Below, piece after piece: positions 51,481 to 64,000 of a stretch of 64,000 nt of DNA (position 1 is the first letter of the stretch; each line of letters begins with the position of its first letter). The notes under the pieces were generated by a model. The model saw only the letters and a program-made list of their open reading frames with translations, was not told where the DNA came from and did not search any database. The position numbers and the translations under genes are program-made. The stretch comes from Azolla caroliniana (taxonomy: Eukaryota; Plantae; Polypodiophyta), in contig JBHGNT010000004.1 of assembly GCA_043228905.1 (NCBI GenBank), forward strand, positions 4,278,001-4,342,000, read 5' to 3'.

Positions 51481-52252
51481 AAGAGCGGACCGGGAGCCGG
51501 CAAGTCCGGGGTTGACAGGGTTTAAACCCTTACCGGCTGGTTACGGTTTTGGAAGAAAGCCGGTGGGGGGTAAGCACGGAGCTAAACGGAAGACGTGCGA
51601 GTGGACATCGAGGGCCGAAGCAAGCACGAGTACGGGACGGTGTTTGGCATAGGCGGTGCCGAACAAGGAAGGCGGAAGAGGGCACACAGCGGTGCTGGGA
51701 ACGAGAGCACGAGTGCGCAAACAGACTACGCGGAATGGAGACCGGAAACAAGATCGAGGGCCGGAGAAGGATCCTCCACACCCGTTTTAGAGATCTCAGT
51801 GGCTCAGTCGGGGTGGCAACGATTGGCGTGGCAGGGCAAACCCAGGATAACAAGCTGGTGGGGGCGAGGGGACGACGGCAAGCAGAAGGCTCCAAATCCG
51901 TGGCAGTAGTGCAAGACGAAAAGGGGCCCAGCGGGCTACTACGGGGTGTTCCTCGGACACGGAGGACACCGGTATGCGGAGAGGAAGGCAATGCACGATC
52001 TGGCCGGGCAAGGGCCGACAACGCATGCGAAAGGGTAACCCGAGTTCGGCACGATGGTGCCGAACTACGAGGAGGGAATGTCGGCACACGGAGGTGCCGA
52101 AAGAGAGTATAAGCGTGAAGGATGGTTGTTGGTTTAGGTGATCTCGAGCGGAAGGCAGGAGAGGGATCCTCCACACCGGTGTCGAGTTGTTACGCTCTTC
52201 ACGTGTGGAAAGAGGCGGGACTGCAGGGGCCTTGAACCAAGGAGCGTGGGAA

Positions 52253-52298
<46 letters not shown>

Positions 52299-55200
52299 AG
52301 AGAGAGAAGAGAGAGAGCACAGCTGGCAGGAACACCGAGGGAGGAAGAGAGAGAGAACAAAGTCTTAATTACAAAATCAATCAACGATTACAACCGGCAA
52401 ACCGGCAATAGACCCAACTCAGGCGAAGACACACACACGCACACACACACGATGCTCACGCTCACACACAACCCGACTGCACTGTGGAGCCTTTGCCAGA
52501 AGCACACAAGCTGTCCACGAAGGAGAGGAAACTCAGTCCGAAATCCTGCAGAGAATGACGAATGATGGAGGAGAGAGCTCGGTCCCAATCCGACAACCCT
52601 ACCTCCTCGCTCCTAAAACGTGATCCTTCATTCGTCTTCTTCCTTCCCTTTTATAGGCCGTCGAGGCAGGCCGTTGCACCCTCGTTTTCATCAATTTATT
52701 CTCTGTCCATTCAGACAGAGATACTCTTTGATTTCCTAGACATTCGATGCGTCACATCTAGTCTATTTACAACCATCATCCTACTCCTAGTTATGTACAA
52801 GGTATTAATTGGCGTGGAAAAGTGTAGAGCCGGTTCATGCGCCCTGCTTTGCCGATTCCGCTTTTGGCCGGTTTTCTTCACGACATCCACCCCCACGAAA
52901 CCGCGCATCCACCGGTATGCGCCGGAGAGGGATAGACACCGGAGAAAACCGGCTTGCGTTCACTCGTCGCTCTTCGAATTATCGGCGTCCCCGAACCGAT
53001 CGTCGTCGTTATCGCTCCCCCACTCCAGCTCGTCTTCGTACCGCTTCTTGGCACCGCCAATCGTGTCCCGTCAAGCTCCGCAAGATGGTACGTGTCATTG
53101 TCGTTCGTGCTCATCACCGTGTAGGGCCCGAACCATCTCCTTGCAAATTTGCGGGTCGCCTTCTGCTGGTTGACGAGGCTGCTGTCGTAAACTAGCACCC
53201 AATCGCCTTCCTCGATCTTCTTCGGTCATAGCCCGTGTGTCTGGTCGAACCGGGTTTTGTTTCGTTCTCTGGCCGCGCGCTGCTTCTCCTTCGCCAGTTC
53301 CACATCCTCCGGCCTCCACTCAAGTTGCCGGATCCGCGCCGCCAACAACTCTTCCCGGCTCATTTCGTCCTTCCAGCCCACCGCGGCCCACGAAGAAATC
53401 GTTCGTTCCATTGACATGATCGGCTTCTACCCGTACATTAGTTCTGCCGGCATGAACCCCGTCACCGAACTGTGCGTAGTCTGGTCCGCCCACAACGCAT
53501 AGGGTAAGAGCCGCGGCCAGTTCCCAACTTGGCCTCCACACGCCTGTACTAACGCTTTGACGATCGGCCCGTGTCCGCATTCCACCTTCCCGTTAGCCTC
53601 CGGATTGTACGTCGTGGTGAGCGAGAGTTTAACCCCTAGCCGGTCAAAGAACTCTTCAGCCTCTTGCGCACCCGTACCGGCATACCACATCTTCGATTAG
53701 AAATCGGCACACGGCCGCGATCGTTTTGTTCTGCAACGCTCGGCCTTCCACATGGTTTGTTAGGTCTTCCCGAGCCAGCACCAGATACCGCATCTGCCCT
53801 ACCCCCATCGACATCGTCACTAGATCCACCATCCACTTGAAGTGGATGGACGGAGGGTAAGTCGGGTGAAGCTTGTCCCGATGTCGGACTATGGAGTGCA
53901 CTTGACAACTTTTGCAAGTCGTCACAAATCGATGCACGTCCCGGTATAGCCCCGGCCACCGGTACTTTCCCTTTAGCTTCTCAAATGTGGCCCACGTCCC
54001 GCGGTGTCCGGCCCAGGGACTCTCGTGGTATGCCGTCAACAATTCCTCCTGTTCCTCTTTCTTCGCCACCACTCGGAGTGGGATGCCGTTTCTCTTCTTC
54101 GGGTGCTTCCATATGCTCCCGTCCTGTACGAAGAATCAATATGCTTTCTTCTGAATCCGGTTGTTCTCTTTCTTCGTCCACGCCGTGTCCGGTTTCATTG
54201 TCTTCAAGAACCCGCCGATCTGGAGCCACTCCCCGTCGTACTTGCTCTCGTCGAATTCGTTAAGCGCCAGAGTGCTCCCCTTTCTTGTTGTTACGTAAGC
54301 CGCCTTGAAGAAGTCCACGCCGACTTCCTCGTCATATGAAACCATGCCGTCCTTGTCACTATACCGCGCCCTTGAAAGCATATCGGCCATGGCGTTATCC
54401 TTCTCGGAGATGTGCCGTATCTCTGGGTTCAGGGACTTGATGTACGCGATCCACCTGAGCATTGCCAGGTCCGGAGTTGCGCATCCGGAAACCATACCCA
54501 GAAACAGTAGGCAGTCTGTCTCGATGATTACTTCCGTCCCCATCAGATAGTCTTTGTCGGCCTTAACTGCCGAAATGATACCCCATAGCTCGCGCTTAAC
54601 TTGGGCGTATCCTCGTTGCCGCTCGCTAAATACCTTCGCCCCGAACCGGATCAGGAACCGTACGCCGTCCTTGTCCACTGTCACGTAGATGGGGACTTCC
54701 TTGCCGTAAACCGTTTTCCACAGAGCCGGTGCCGCAACAAGCGCCTCCTTCAGTCTCCGGACCGATTCCGTGTGCTCCGACCTCCACTCGAACCTACACC
54801 CTTTCTTCAATAGCCTGTAGAGCGGTTCCGCGACATGTGCGTAGTGCGGAATCCAGATGTGGTAGAACGCGCATGGACCCAAAAATTGGCGGACCTCCGT
54901 AACCGACCCGCAATCGTCCTTCATCATGGAGATGGCTTCTACCTTTGCCGGGGACGGTTTCTTGCCATAGGGCCCACATAGGTGTCTGACTACCAGAATC
55001 TCCGTCTGCCCGAATGCTGATTTCTCTCTGGAGAAGGTGAGCCGCGCACTCTCGAGCCTCTGCAGCACCTTATTGCAATCGTTGATGTGGTGCATGACGA
55101 ACCTCCGACATCCGTCCAGCCCGACCGTTTCGTCTGCATCTTCCACCGAACACCCTTTTATCGGTACGTCATCTAGGAACGACATAGTGATGTCCAGGAT

Positions 55201-55762
55201 GCAGTCCCTCAGCACCTTGTTCATTGCATTCACCATGTGCGCCACCGAATTCGTTCCTCCTTGCGGTAGGGTACACATTCGCACCAAGCCAAGAGGAGTC
55301 CGCATTGTCGTGATGTCCCTACTCTCTACGACTATTTGGAACTGGTCGTACCCCGAGTATAACTCACCGATCGAATAGATTGACCTTCCGGCGATGGACT
55401 CCGTGAACTCGGCTATGGTCGGCCCGATTCCTGCGTTACAGATGGTCACCTTGTTGACCGGTTGCAGGTCCTGCATGAAGCGCAACGTGCCGTTCTTCTT
55501 TGGCACCGTGAACCACCGATTCAAGTATGGGGCACTCAACAGTTCGAGGATGCCCATTTCCACCTTCTGCTTCAGTAGCTCCATCAACATCGGGATGTGA
55601 GCTTTGGGCACTGGAATCGGTTTGAGACTCCACGACACATGTGGTACTGTGAAGATCACAATTGGCTCGACGATTGTTGGGTCTACGCACCCGATCTCCT
55701 CCGGCGAGAATGTGAAGGCCTTCCCATGCTTTCCGAGCATCCTCCGAAACTGGTCCTCCTCC

Positions 55763-56249
55763 ATTACAAGCACCATTTGTCCTAGATTCTCTCCTCGTAA
55801 CTCTCCCTACTTATGCGATGTCTATATCTTCTTTAATGCTCTGACTACCTAGTACCCCCTCCTTATACCCATGCCTAGTACTTATCCTACTTAATTCCCT
55901 CGAGGCATGCACTCGCGTATACCGAAGTTCCTGTGTGTTTCATGTTGTTTCCGATTATGGCCCGGAATCTTCACGACAACGTAAGGACCGGTTCACGCAC
56001 CTTTTTTCACCGATTCCACCTAAGGCCGGTTTTCTTCACGACAACGGTGTCGCGGTATTCCGCGTTGTCGTGAAGATCCGTCACTAGGTGCGGATCGTGA
56101 GGCGGAACCACCGGGGTTCTGGATCGGAAGAATCAAAGTTTGCACCAACCTTAGCGAGAAAGTATTTAGGATAGATTGTGAGAGAGAAAGAGATTAAGAT
56201 TAAACGCTTGACTTAGATTGAGAAAGATTGATATGGCCAAGAGAGAGAT
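55763..56249. mobile_element. Cluster of four LTR termini inside pol
   Basis: TTCACGACA ends at 55978 and 56043; TGTCGCGG starts at 56048 and TGTCGTGAAG at 56066. Confidence 0.8.
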
Positions 56250-58644
56250 AGTAGAAAGGCACCCCCACCGACCTTGAGCTCCTGTAGCGTTATGTTGGTG
56301 AACCGGTGCCCTATGCCGGCTAGATTCCGTAAACTTGGGTCCGACGCGACCCCTTTTATCCGCTCTCCGCTGCCCTTCGGCAAGGGTGCCTCAACTGGCC
56401 TCACCTTCCGGTGCACAGTCTTATATTTCGTATCCACGTGGGCCGTTCGATCCGACCCGATCCTCTCCCCGAAGTCCGCGATGACTTCGTACATTCCCAT
56501 CGAGCTAACCGGAATGGTTTGGTCTTCGCTAAGGCCTTTACCGGCCACCTTTCGTAATTCGCCCAAGGTGTCGTCAAAAGAGACCGCCTCCACGGTGCCG
56601 CTAATTTCTTTGTCGGGGGAGAGGACTCCACACACCCTAAGTCGTCTCTCCGCTCGCTTCCTCTCCTAGCTACTATTGCCGGTTAACGTATAACCTCTGT
56701 TTTCGGAGAGCCAATATTTCCTACCTATAATACATCTGTGGGGTTCTTCCGGGGTGTCCGGACTATCGCGGCCCCACGTCTTGATAGCCCTCTCTAAATA
56801 TCCCCTCGGTTGTCGCCGCCGAGGGTCTCGTGGTTTCGCTCGTGGTTGGGTCGCACTGCCATGAATTGCACGGAATGCCGACCGTCTTGGCTCTTGACGC
56901 GCGCATACGTCGAACTGTTGTCCAGAACTTTCGTCTCCATGTGTGCTGCCGTGATGTACGGTTCGCCGAGAATTATTGGGTGCGAGGAAGTATCCTCCAC
57001 GAAGAAATGCTGATCTATCTCGACATCGCCAATCTTCACGGGTACGTTCAAGCACGCACCATGCAACGCCTCTATAGTGCGCATCGCCGTGCGTATCTTC
57101 CACCGGTGCTTGGTGTTGATCGGCCATTTCCCCTTTTTATAGAAGTCCATGGACATCAGGTTGATCTCCGAACCGTGGTCTACTAACGCCACCACCGACT
57201 CCTGGATGTCACCGATCCGAACAGGGGTTTCCGTAGTGGCCCTAGCCCAATGCGGCTTCGCGTAGTGGCTTTCCGCCAACTCATCCTCTAGGGCTGTGTC
57301 TTCTAAGTGCGTCGTCTGCACTTCCACCGGCCTCTCCGGTTCCGGCTCCGTCGAGAGCCTCTTTCTCTTCACCAAGTCCACGATGGAGTCGTGGAACTCC
57401 TTCTTGGCGATTCCCAACACCTTTGTAACGACAGCTCGACCTTGCTGTCGAGAATTCTCTCTTCCAGGACCTTCCGCAGGTCCGTTGTTCGTTCGATTTC
57501 GGTGCTTAGCTGGAAACTGGCATGGTTCTTCTTCTCCGGTGCGCCGGCGTTGGTGGCCTCATTCGGCTTCGGTCCGAACCGGGTCTCATACCGTTACGAG
57601 GGGCCGCCCCCTCTAGTCTTTCCCGCGCACTTGTCTCCTACCAGAACCTCATAGTTCTGGCATGCGGCTGCCATGAAGCCAGTCTTTTCTTCCACCGGGT
57701 CGTCCCATCCGATGACATCCCGGATCCGCTGTTCTACGCGGTTTGCCTCTTCCTTCTTCAGCCGTACTCCGGAGAGACCCTCTAGCACCAACGGCCAAAA
57801 TCCAGAGTCCTTCGCTTTCCGGGCCTCATCACCCACGACCTGGATTTCCACCGACGCCGAGTAGTTAACGACCTCTGCATGTTGTGCCGCGGCCTTTTCC
57901 ATCAACCGCTTCATTCCGTTGCACCTCGTATTCAACTCTAGGGCTTTCCGGGTCTCGCTCGCGTGCACCCGCCCGTTCCAGAGGCACATCACGTTGTTCC
58001 TGAGTGCCTCGGCGAAATCTGCGCATTCTTTCCGGATGTGGCCGACCGCGTCGTACCACATGCACCGCTGCCTCGCTGGCGGCCTTCAGTCACGAGACTG
58101 TTCGCCGCTGTCCCTCCAGGCTTGTGTGATTGGGAGATCTCGCACCATCTGCAACAACTCTTCTAGAGCCGCGCCTCTAGAGGGACCTATGACCACTCCG
58201 CTCGGGGCTGAGCCCGTCTCAAGCCAACTCCGAGTTTCTTCCTTCCTAGCTGGTACGGACACAGGCTCCTCGAGCTCCCATGCTGGGACCGGCCTTGCCG
58301 CCGACGAGCCCTCATCGCTCAACTCGCGCCGCTTGTTGAAACGACCGCAGAACCTCCTTACCATGGCCCAGTCTACCATGAGCCCTTCATCCATTTCCAA
58401 CAGGAGACCCACCTTCTCCCGGTCCATGGCGTCCACCGACTTGATGAATAATAGTACCCGGCTTGTGTTGAGCACGGTTCGGTCCAGCGTTGACAGCCGT
58501 GCGAACCGTTTCTCGAACTCCTGGAGGAGAACCGACGCGTTCCTCCCCTTCCCAAGGCTCTCAACCCATGCCATGAAGTCTCGCTTCGACAGCCGAAGCG
58601 AGTCATCGAACCCATACATCTCGAGGAGCTGTAGCTCGAACTCC

Positions 58645-61600
58645 TGTTAGGAAACAGATCCCTCTGGATGGGATACGAGTACCCGGCAAGGAAGACCCGG
58701 TGAGAACAGGATGACGAGTGCCCGACAAGAGCCGGATGTTGAAGGCCCGGTGAGAACCGGATGACGAGCGCCCGGCAAGAGCCGGATGTTGAAGGCCCGG
58801 TGAGAACTGGATGACGAGCGCCTGGCAAGAGCCGGATGTTGAAGGCTCGGTGAGAACCGGATGACGAGTGCCCGGCAAGAGCCTGATGATGTAGGCCCGG
58901 TGAGGAGTGCTCACTAGATGAAGGGACATATTCATAAATATGTTTATGAGAGTCCATTGGGGCTACCTGCTTCTATTGCGGCAAGCCGAGACACTTCCAG
59001 AAAAACTGTCGGCACTTCCGAAAAGACAAGGAAACCGACGACACTGATTCGATGTGGACACTAGACCAAAACGGTAAAGACCGGAGGGGAACAGACCGGA
59101 AGGAAACGACGAAAATCGCGGCAAGTGAAGAAGAGTTGATGCTCATCACCGAGGAGAGTGAGCTAAACCTTCTCGGCGACGAAATGACCTGGGTGGTCGA
59201 CTTCGGAGCGTCGTTCCACCTTACCCCGGACCGGAAATGCTTCTCATCCTACTCAGCCGGTGATCACGGCTGTGTCCGGATGGGGAATGAAGGTACATGC
59301 CGAATTGTCGGCATAGGAGACGTGTGGTTGACAACACCAACCGGATGCAAGCTGCTGTTGAAGGATGTCCGACACGTTCCGGAAGTTCTTCTGAACCTGA
59401 TATCAGCCGGTCGGCTAGATGATGAAGGCTACACGGGTAGCATCCGGAACGGTGTTATGAAGTTCAGCAAAGGGAGCCTGATTGTGGCTCGGGCCCAGAA
59501 GGTAAACACGTTGTACCTGATGAATGCCCGGTTATGCCCGGAAGAAGTGAACATGGTTTCTGACACTACCGGTGAGCTGTGGCACAAGAGGCTGTGTCAC
59601 ATGAGCGAGAAGGGGATGAAGAGGCTTGCAGACGACAAACTCATTCCAGTGAAGAACGTGCACTTGGAGAAGTGCACTGATTGTCTGGACGGTAAACAAA
59701 ACCGGACCTCCTTCCAATCGAGGCCACCGATGAGACGTAATGCACCACTAGAGTTGGTGCATACTGATGTGTGCCAAGTGGACACAAAGTCACATGTAGG
59801 ATCGCAATACTTCGTGACGTTCATAGATGACCATAGCCGGAAGCTGTGGGCCACACCGCTGAAGACGAAAGATCAGGTGCTATCCGTCTTCAAAGACCTC
59901 CACGCGAGAGTGGAAAGAGAAACCGGTCGGAAGCTAAAGGCGGTTCGAGCAGATAACGGAGGTGAATACCGGGGGCAGTTCGAGGAGTACTGTCGCTTGA
60001 AGGGAATCCGGCTCGAATAATCCGTGTAGAAGACGCCAGAACTAAACGGGCTGGCCGAGAGGATGAACCAGACCATAATGGAGAGGGTCCGGAGTATGCT
60101 GGCGCATGGAAAATTACCCAAGAAGTTTTGGGCTGAGGCACTGTCGACGGAGACATATCTGATAAATAGATCACCCTCAGTACCCTTGGATGGAGACACA
60201 CCACAGAGAGTATGGTCCGGTAAGGAACTGTCCTACCGGCATCTAAAGGTGTTCGGGTGTCTCGAGTACGTGCATGTAGCTAAGGACCGGAGAGGAAAGT
60301 TGGATCCAAAGACCCGGCCATGCATATTCCTCGGTTACGGTGACGATGAGTTCGGCTACCGACTGTGGAACCTGGTCGACAAGAAGGTATTCCGGAGTCG
60401 AGATATTATCCTCATGGAGGACAAGACGCTCGACGACTGGGAGTCGGAGAAGAAGATAATGAACTCCGAGTCGATCGGTAAGGATCAATTCTACGATGAG
60501 CAGACCCAACCGGCAAGAGACCGGTTAGCACTCGAGGAACCAGCTCGTTACGGTGAGGATACCGAACCGGCAGAAGAAGAAGTAGAGGAAGTTGAAATCG
60601 GAACCGGCCAAGACCCTGAATCGGATTCAGACGAAGATCAAATGGAGGATCCGGTTACCGAAGCCCAAGGACGGAGATATCCTCTCAGAGAGAAAAGGCC
60701 CCCCCGGAGATTTCCAGATGCAGAGCATGTGTTGCTGACTGATGAGGGGGAGCCGGAAAGCTTCGAAGAAGTGAAGGAAGACACCCACAGCCGCAAATGG
60801 TTAAGTGCCATGCAGGATGAGATGGTTTCCCTGCATGAGAACCATATGTACGAATTGGTGGAGTTGCTGAAAGGAAAGTGGGCACTCCAAAACAAGTGGG
60901 TGTACAAGTTGAAACCGGGAGATGTCGGCAACCCCCCGAGATACAAAGCTAGGATCGTGGTGAAGGGGTTCCAGCAGAAGAAGGACGTGAACTTCGACGA
61001 GATATTTGCCCCGGTAGTAAAGATGACCTGCATCCGGACGGTGCTGAGTATAGCGGCAAGCATGGACCTCGAGGTAGAGCAGCTGGACGTGAAGATGGCA
61101 TTCCTTCACGGTGACCTCGAAGAGGAGATCTACATAAAGCAACCGAAAGGATTCGAGGAGAAAGGGAAGGAGCACCTGGTTTGCCGGTTGAAGAAGAGCC
61201 TGTATGGACTGAAGCAGGCTCCCTGAGAATGGTACCGGAAGTTCGACTCCTTCATGACCGATCAAGGGTACCACAAGACGCAGGCCGAGCACTGTGTGTT
61301 TGTGAAGAAGGTCGAAGGAGGAGACTTCTTGATACTCCTTCTGTATGTGGACGACATGCTGATTGTTGGACGAGACCAAGTCAAAATACGGATGTTGAAG
61401 AAGGCTATCAACCGAACTTTCGCAATGAAAGACTTGGGTTCGGCAAGACAGATGTTGGGGATGCACATCGTCCGGGACCGGTCAAAGAAGCAATTGTGGT
61501 TGTCACAGGAGAAGTACGTGACAAAGGTGCTTCAACGGTTCAACATGCCAGACACTTCCGGCAAACTGCAGATTATCCGGTAAGCAAAGCCCAAAGACGA

Positions 61601-62619
61601 AATCAGAGAAGGCAGAGATGATGAAGGTTCCAGACGCCTCTGCCGTCGGGAGCTTAATGTACGCAATGGTGTGTACTCGAAGTGGTGAACCAGTTTATGA
61701 GCAATCCCGGCAAGGAGCACTGGAATGCGGTCAAATGGATACTCTAGTACTTGAAGGGCACTTCGAATATGTGTCTTCGATTCGGCTCCGGTAAACCTCA
61801 ACTTGACGGTTTTACCGATTCAGATATGTCGGCTGATGTGGATACCAGCCGGTCTACATCCGGGTATGTAATGACATATGCAGGGGGAGCTGTTTCGTGG
61901 CAGTCGAGGCTGCAGAAGACGGTTGTGTTGTCAACCACGGAGGTAGAGTACATGGCGGTTGTGGAAGCCAGCAAGGAAATATTATGGATGAAGGACTTCA
62001 TCGAAGAGCTCGGTATCCGGCAAGGGGAATACCGGCTCTATTGCGACAGTCAAAGTGCCATCCACCTTGCTAAGAACGCAACATATCACTCTAGGACAAA
62101 GCATATCCAGCGTAGGTATCACTGGATTCGGGAGCGAGTAGAAGATCGAGAGTTCGCGCTGATGAAGATCCACACGACCGAGAAAGGGTCAGATATGCTG
62201 ATCAAAGTGCTGATACCCGACAAGCTGGATGCATGTCGGAAGCGGATCAGACTAGTAACACATCCCATGCCGGAGTGAAGGGGGAGTTGGTTAGGAAACA
62301 GATTCCTCCGGATGGGATACGAGTACCCGGCATGGAAGACTTGGTGAGAACCAGATGACGAGTGCCCGGCAAGAGCCGGATGTTGAAGGCCCGGTGAGAA
62401 CCGGATGACGAGTGCCCGACAAGAGCCGGATGATGCAGGCCCAATGAGGAGTGCTCATCGGATGAAGGGACATATTCGTAAATATGTTTCTGAGAGTCCA
62501 TTGGGGCTATATTTGTAAATAGCCGAAAAGTCATATTAGTATAAATATGACTTAGGGCAAACTTAGTGATAGTTGTTGTCATTCTTGTTGGTGCAAGATT
62601 TGAGTGCATAATTGTGTAC

Positions 62620-62678
<59 letters not shown>

Positions 62679-62730
62679 GAGGTCGTTGCCTCTGTTGTAA
62701 CCACCGCCTGTGGCGAAGATTGCAAGCTCG
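58645..62730 (+). mobile_element. Degenerate Ty1/Copia element inserted in Gypsy gag
   Basis: The LTR starts TGTTAGG at 58645 and again at 62289 after PPT GAAGGGGGAG. A deletion joins the 5' LTR (to about 58964) to the zinc knuckle CFYCGKPRHFQKNC. Protease, integrase, RT (YVDD) and RNase H are present with stops. The LTRs contain 50-bp tandem units. Confidence 0.93.
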
Positions 62731-64000
62731 AGAGAGAGAGAGCACAGTTGGCAGGAACACCGAGGGAGGAAGAGAGAGAGAACAAAGTCTTAATTACAAA
62801 ATCAATCAACGATTACAACCGGCAAGCCGGCCACAGACCCAACTCAGGCGAACACACACACACACGCACACACACACATGATGCTTACGCTCGCACATAG
62901 CCCGACTGCACTGTGGAGCCTCTATTGGAAGCACACGGGCTGTCCACGAAGCAGAGGCAACTCAGTCCGAAATCCTGCAGAGAATGACGAACGATGGAGG
63001 AGAGAGCTCGGTCCCAGTTCGACAACCCTTCATCCTCGCTCCTAAAACGTGATCCTTCATCCGCCTTCTTCCTTCCCTTTTATAGGCCGTTGAGGCAGGC
63101 CGTTGCACCCTCGTTTTCATCAATTTATTCTTTGTCCATTTGGATAGAGATACTCTTTGATTTCTTAGACATTCAATGCGTCACATCTAGTCTATTTACA
63201 CCCATCATCCTAATCCTAGTTATGTACAAGGTATTAATTGGCGTGGAAAAGTGTAGAGCCGGTTCATGCGCCCTGCTTCGCCGATTCCTCTTCTGGCCTG
63301 TTTTCTTCACGACACCGATGCGGGAGACTTTGGCAGTTCAAGCCGTCGAGGCAACATAAGACCAAGGAGAGGGAAGGTGGCGGCGAGGGGACGAAGGTGA
63401 TGGGCAACAACATGGGATGGAAACCGGGATGATGCGAAGGGCACCGACACGGAGGTCGGGGTGACGACACGCTCTACCGAAGAACGAGAGCGCATTCGGA
63501 GGACGACAATGACACATGGGTAGCACTTGCGGAGAGGCAACTGCGGAAAAGAAACCGGAGCTTATAGTTCAGACCGGGGAGGCCAACGCGTGCCAGTAAT
63601 GCGGAGGACCCGGTTAATCACCGACGCCGAAATCTCTCACCCTTTTTCGAACTTGGCACATATCAGTGGACGTGCGGTTTGGTGCGGGCGAATATCGTGA
63701 AGAATTCCGACTATAGTGTGAAACTGGTGTGGAATAGGGCAAGTCGGTGGTGTGCAACATGTGCACATGTATAGTAGGAAACGGTGTATAGAATAAGGGG
63801 GGAGTATTGATCCCACATTCTAACGGTCCTCCCTCCTTGGGCGATAAAAGGAAGGGAGGGGTCTCTTGTATGGGGTTGCCCATTTTGAGTCGTAGGGGTA
63901 TATCATTTTGTGGAGGGTCTCTCTTTTGTTAAGAGTTTCTAGGGTTAGTAACTTTTTTTCTTCTTCTTCTTCTCCTTCTTGGGAAGTTGGGCGTGGTAGC

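Larger units (their letters stand above)
52180..63314 (-). mobile_element. Degenerate Ty3/Gypsy element of the same group, nested in the pol-less element
   Basis: LTR 52180-52885 and partial LTR about 62730-63314, TSD CCGG/CCGA. Broken integrase, RNase H, RT, protease (VDHGSEIN) and gag homologous to 27640-33281. Confidence 0.93.
48776..64000 (+). mobile_element. Pol-less (TR-GAG-like) Gypsy-group element hosting a nested stack
   Basis: 5' LTR 48776-49401, and 3' LTR from 63693 to the window end, clearly homologous. Degenerate Trp PBS at 49406, PPT-like at about 63680, decayed gag N-half at 49439-50050. No pol in its own internal sequence (49402-52179 plus 63315-63692). Confidence 0.85.

Noticed and set aside
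58691-58890. Regular repeats resembling a CRISPR array (also 51109-51480 and 41153-41601)
   Set aside because: Units are head to tail with no unique spacers, lie inside eukaryotic TEs, and there are no cas genes.

Overview
Repeat-rich eukaryotic plant DNA, probably from a non-seed vascular plant such as a fern (inferred from the S-clade MIKC* gene and the TE types). It has one 100-N scaffold gap at 10015-10114. Host genes: a 4-exon organellar-type adenylate kinase (11341-13620, +); an 11-exon MIKC*-type MADS-box gene with a very long low-complexity C-terminus (16721-20865, +, about 710 aa); and two tandem-duplicated copies of an unrecognised secreted His/Pro-rich protein (22182-22676 and 38856-39332, -). 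The rest is nested TEs: LINE ORF1 and ORF2 remnants, two Copia elements, an intron-containing Sola2-like DNA transposon, and many members of one non-chromoviral Ty3/Gypsy group. That group includes an intact, very young element (26778-34089). The most striking signal is that 7 of 8 insertion sites readable for this Gypsy group are 4-bp targets with CG at the centre (ACGT x4, CCGG, ACGG, GCGT), and the eighth (ATGC) is the deaminated form. The group also primes with tRNA-Trp, has a D-H-G protease motif and joins gag-PR to pol by a -1 slippery site plus a pseudoknot with a compensatory base-pair change. All calls are by eye; no database searches were run.
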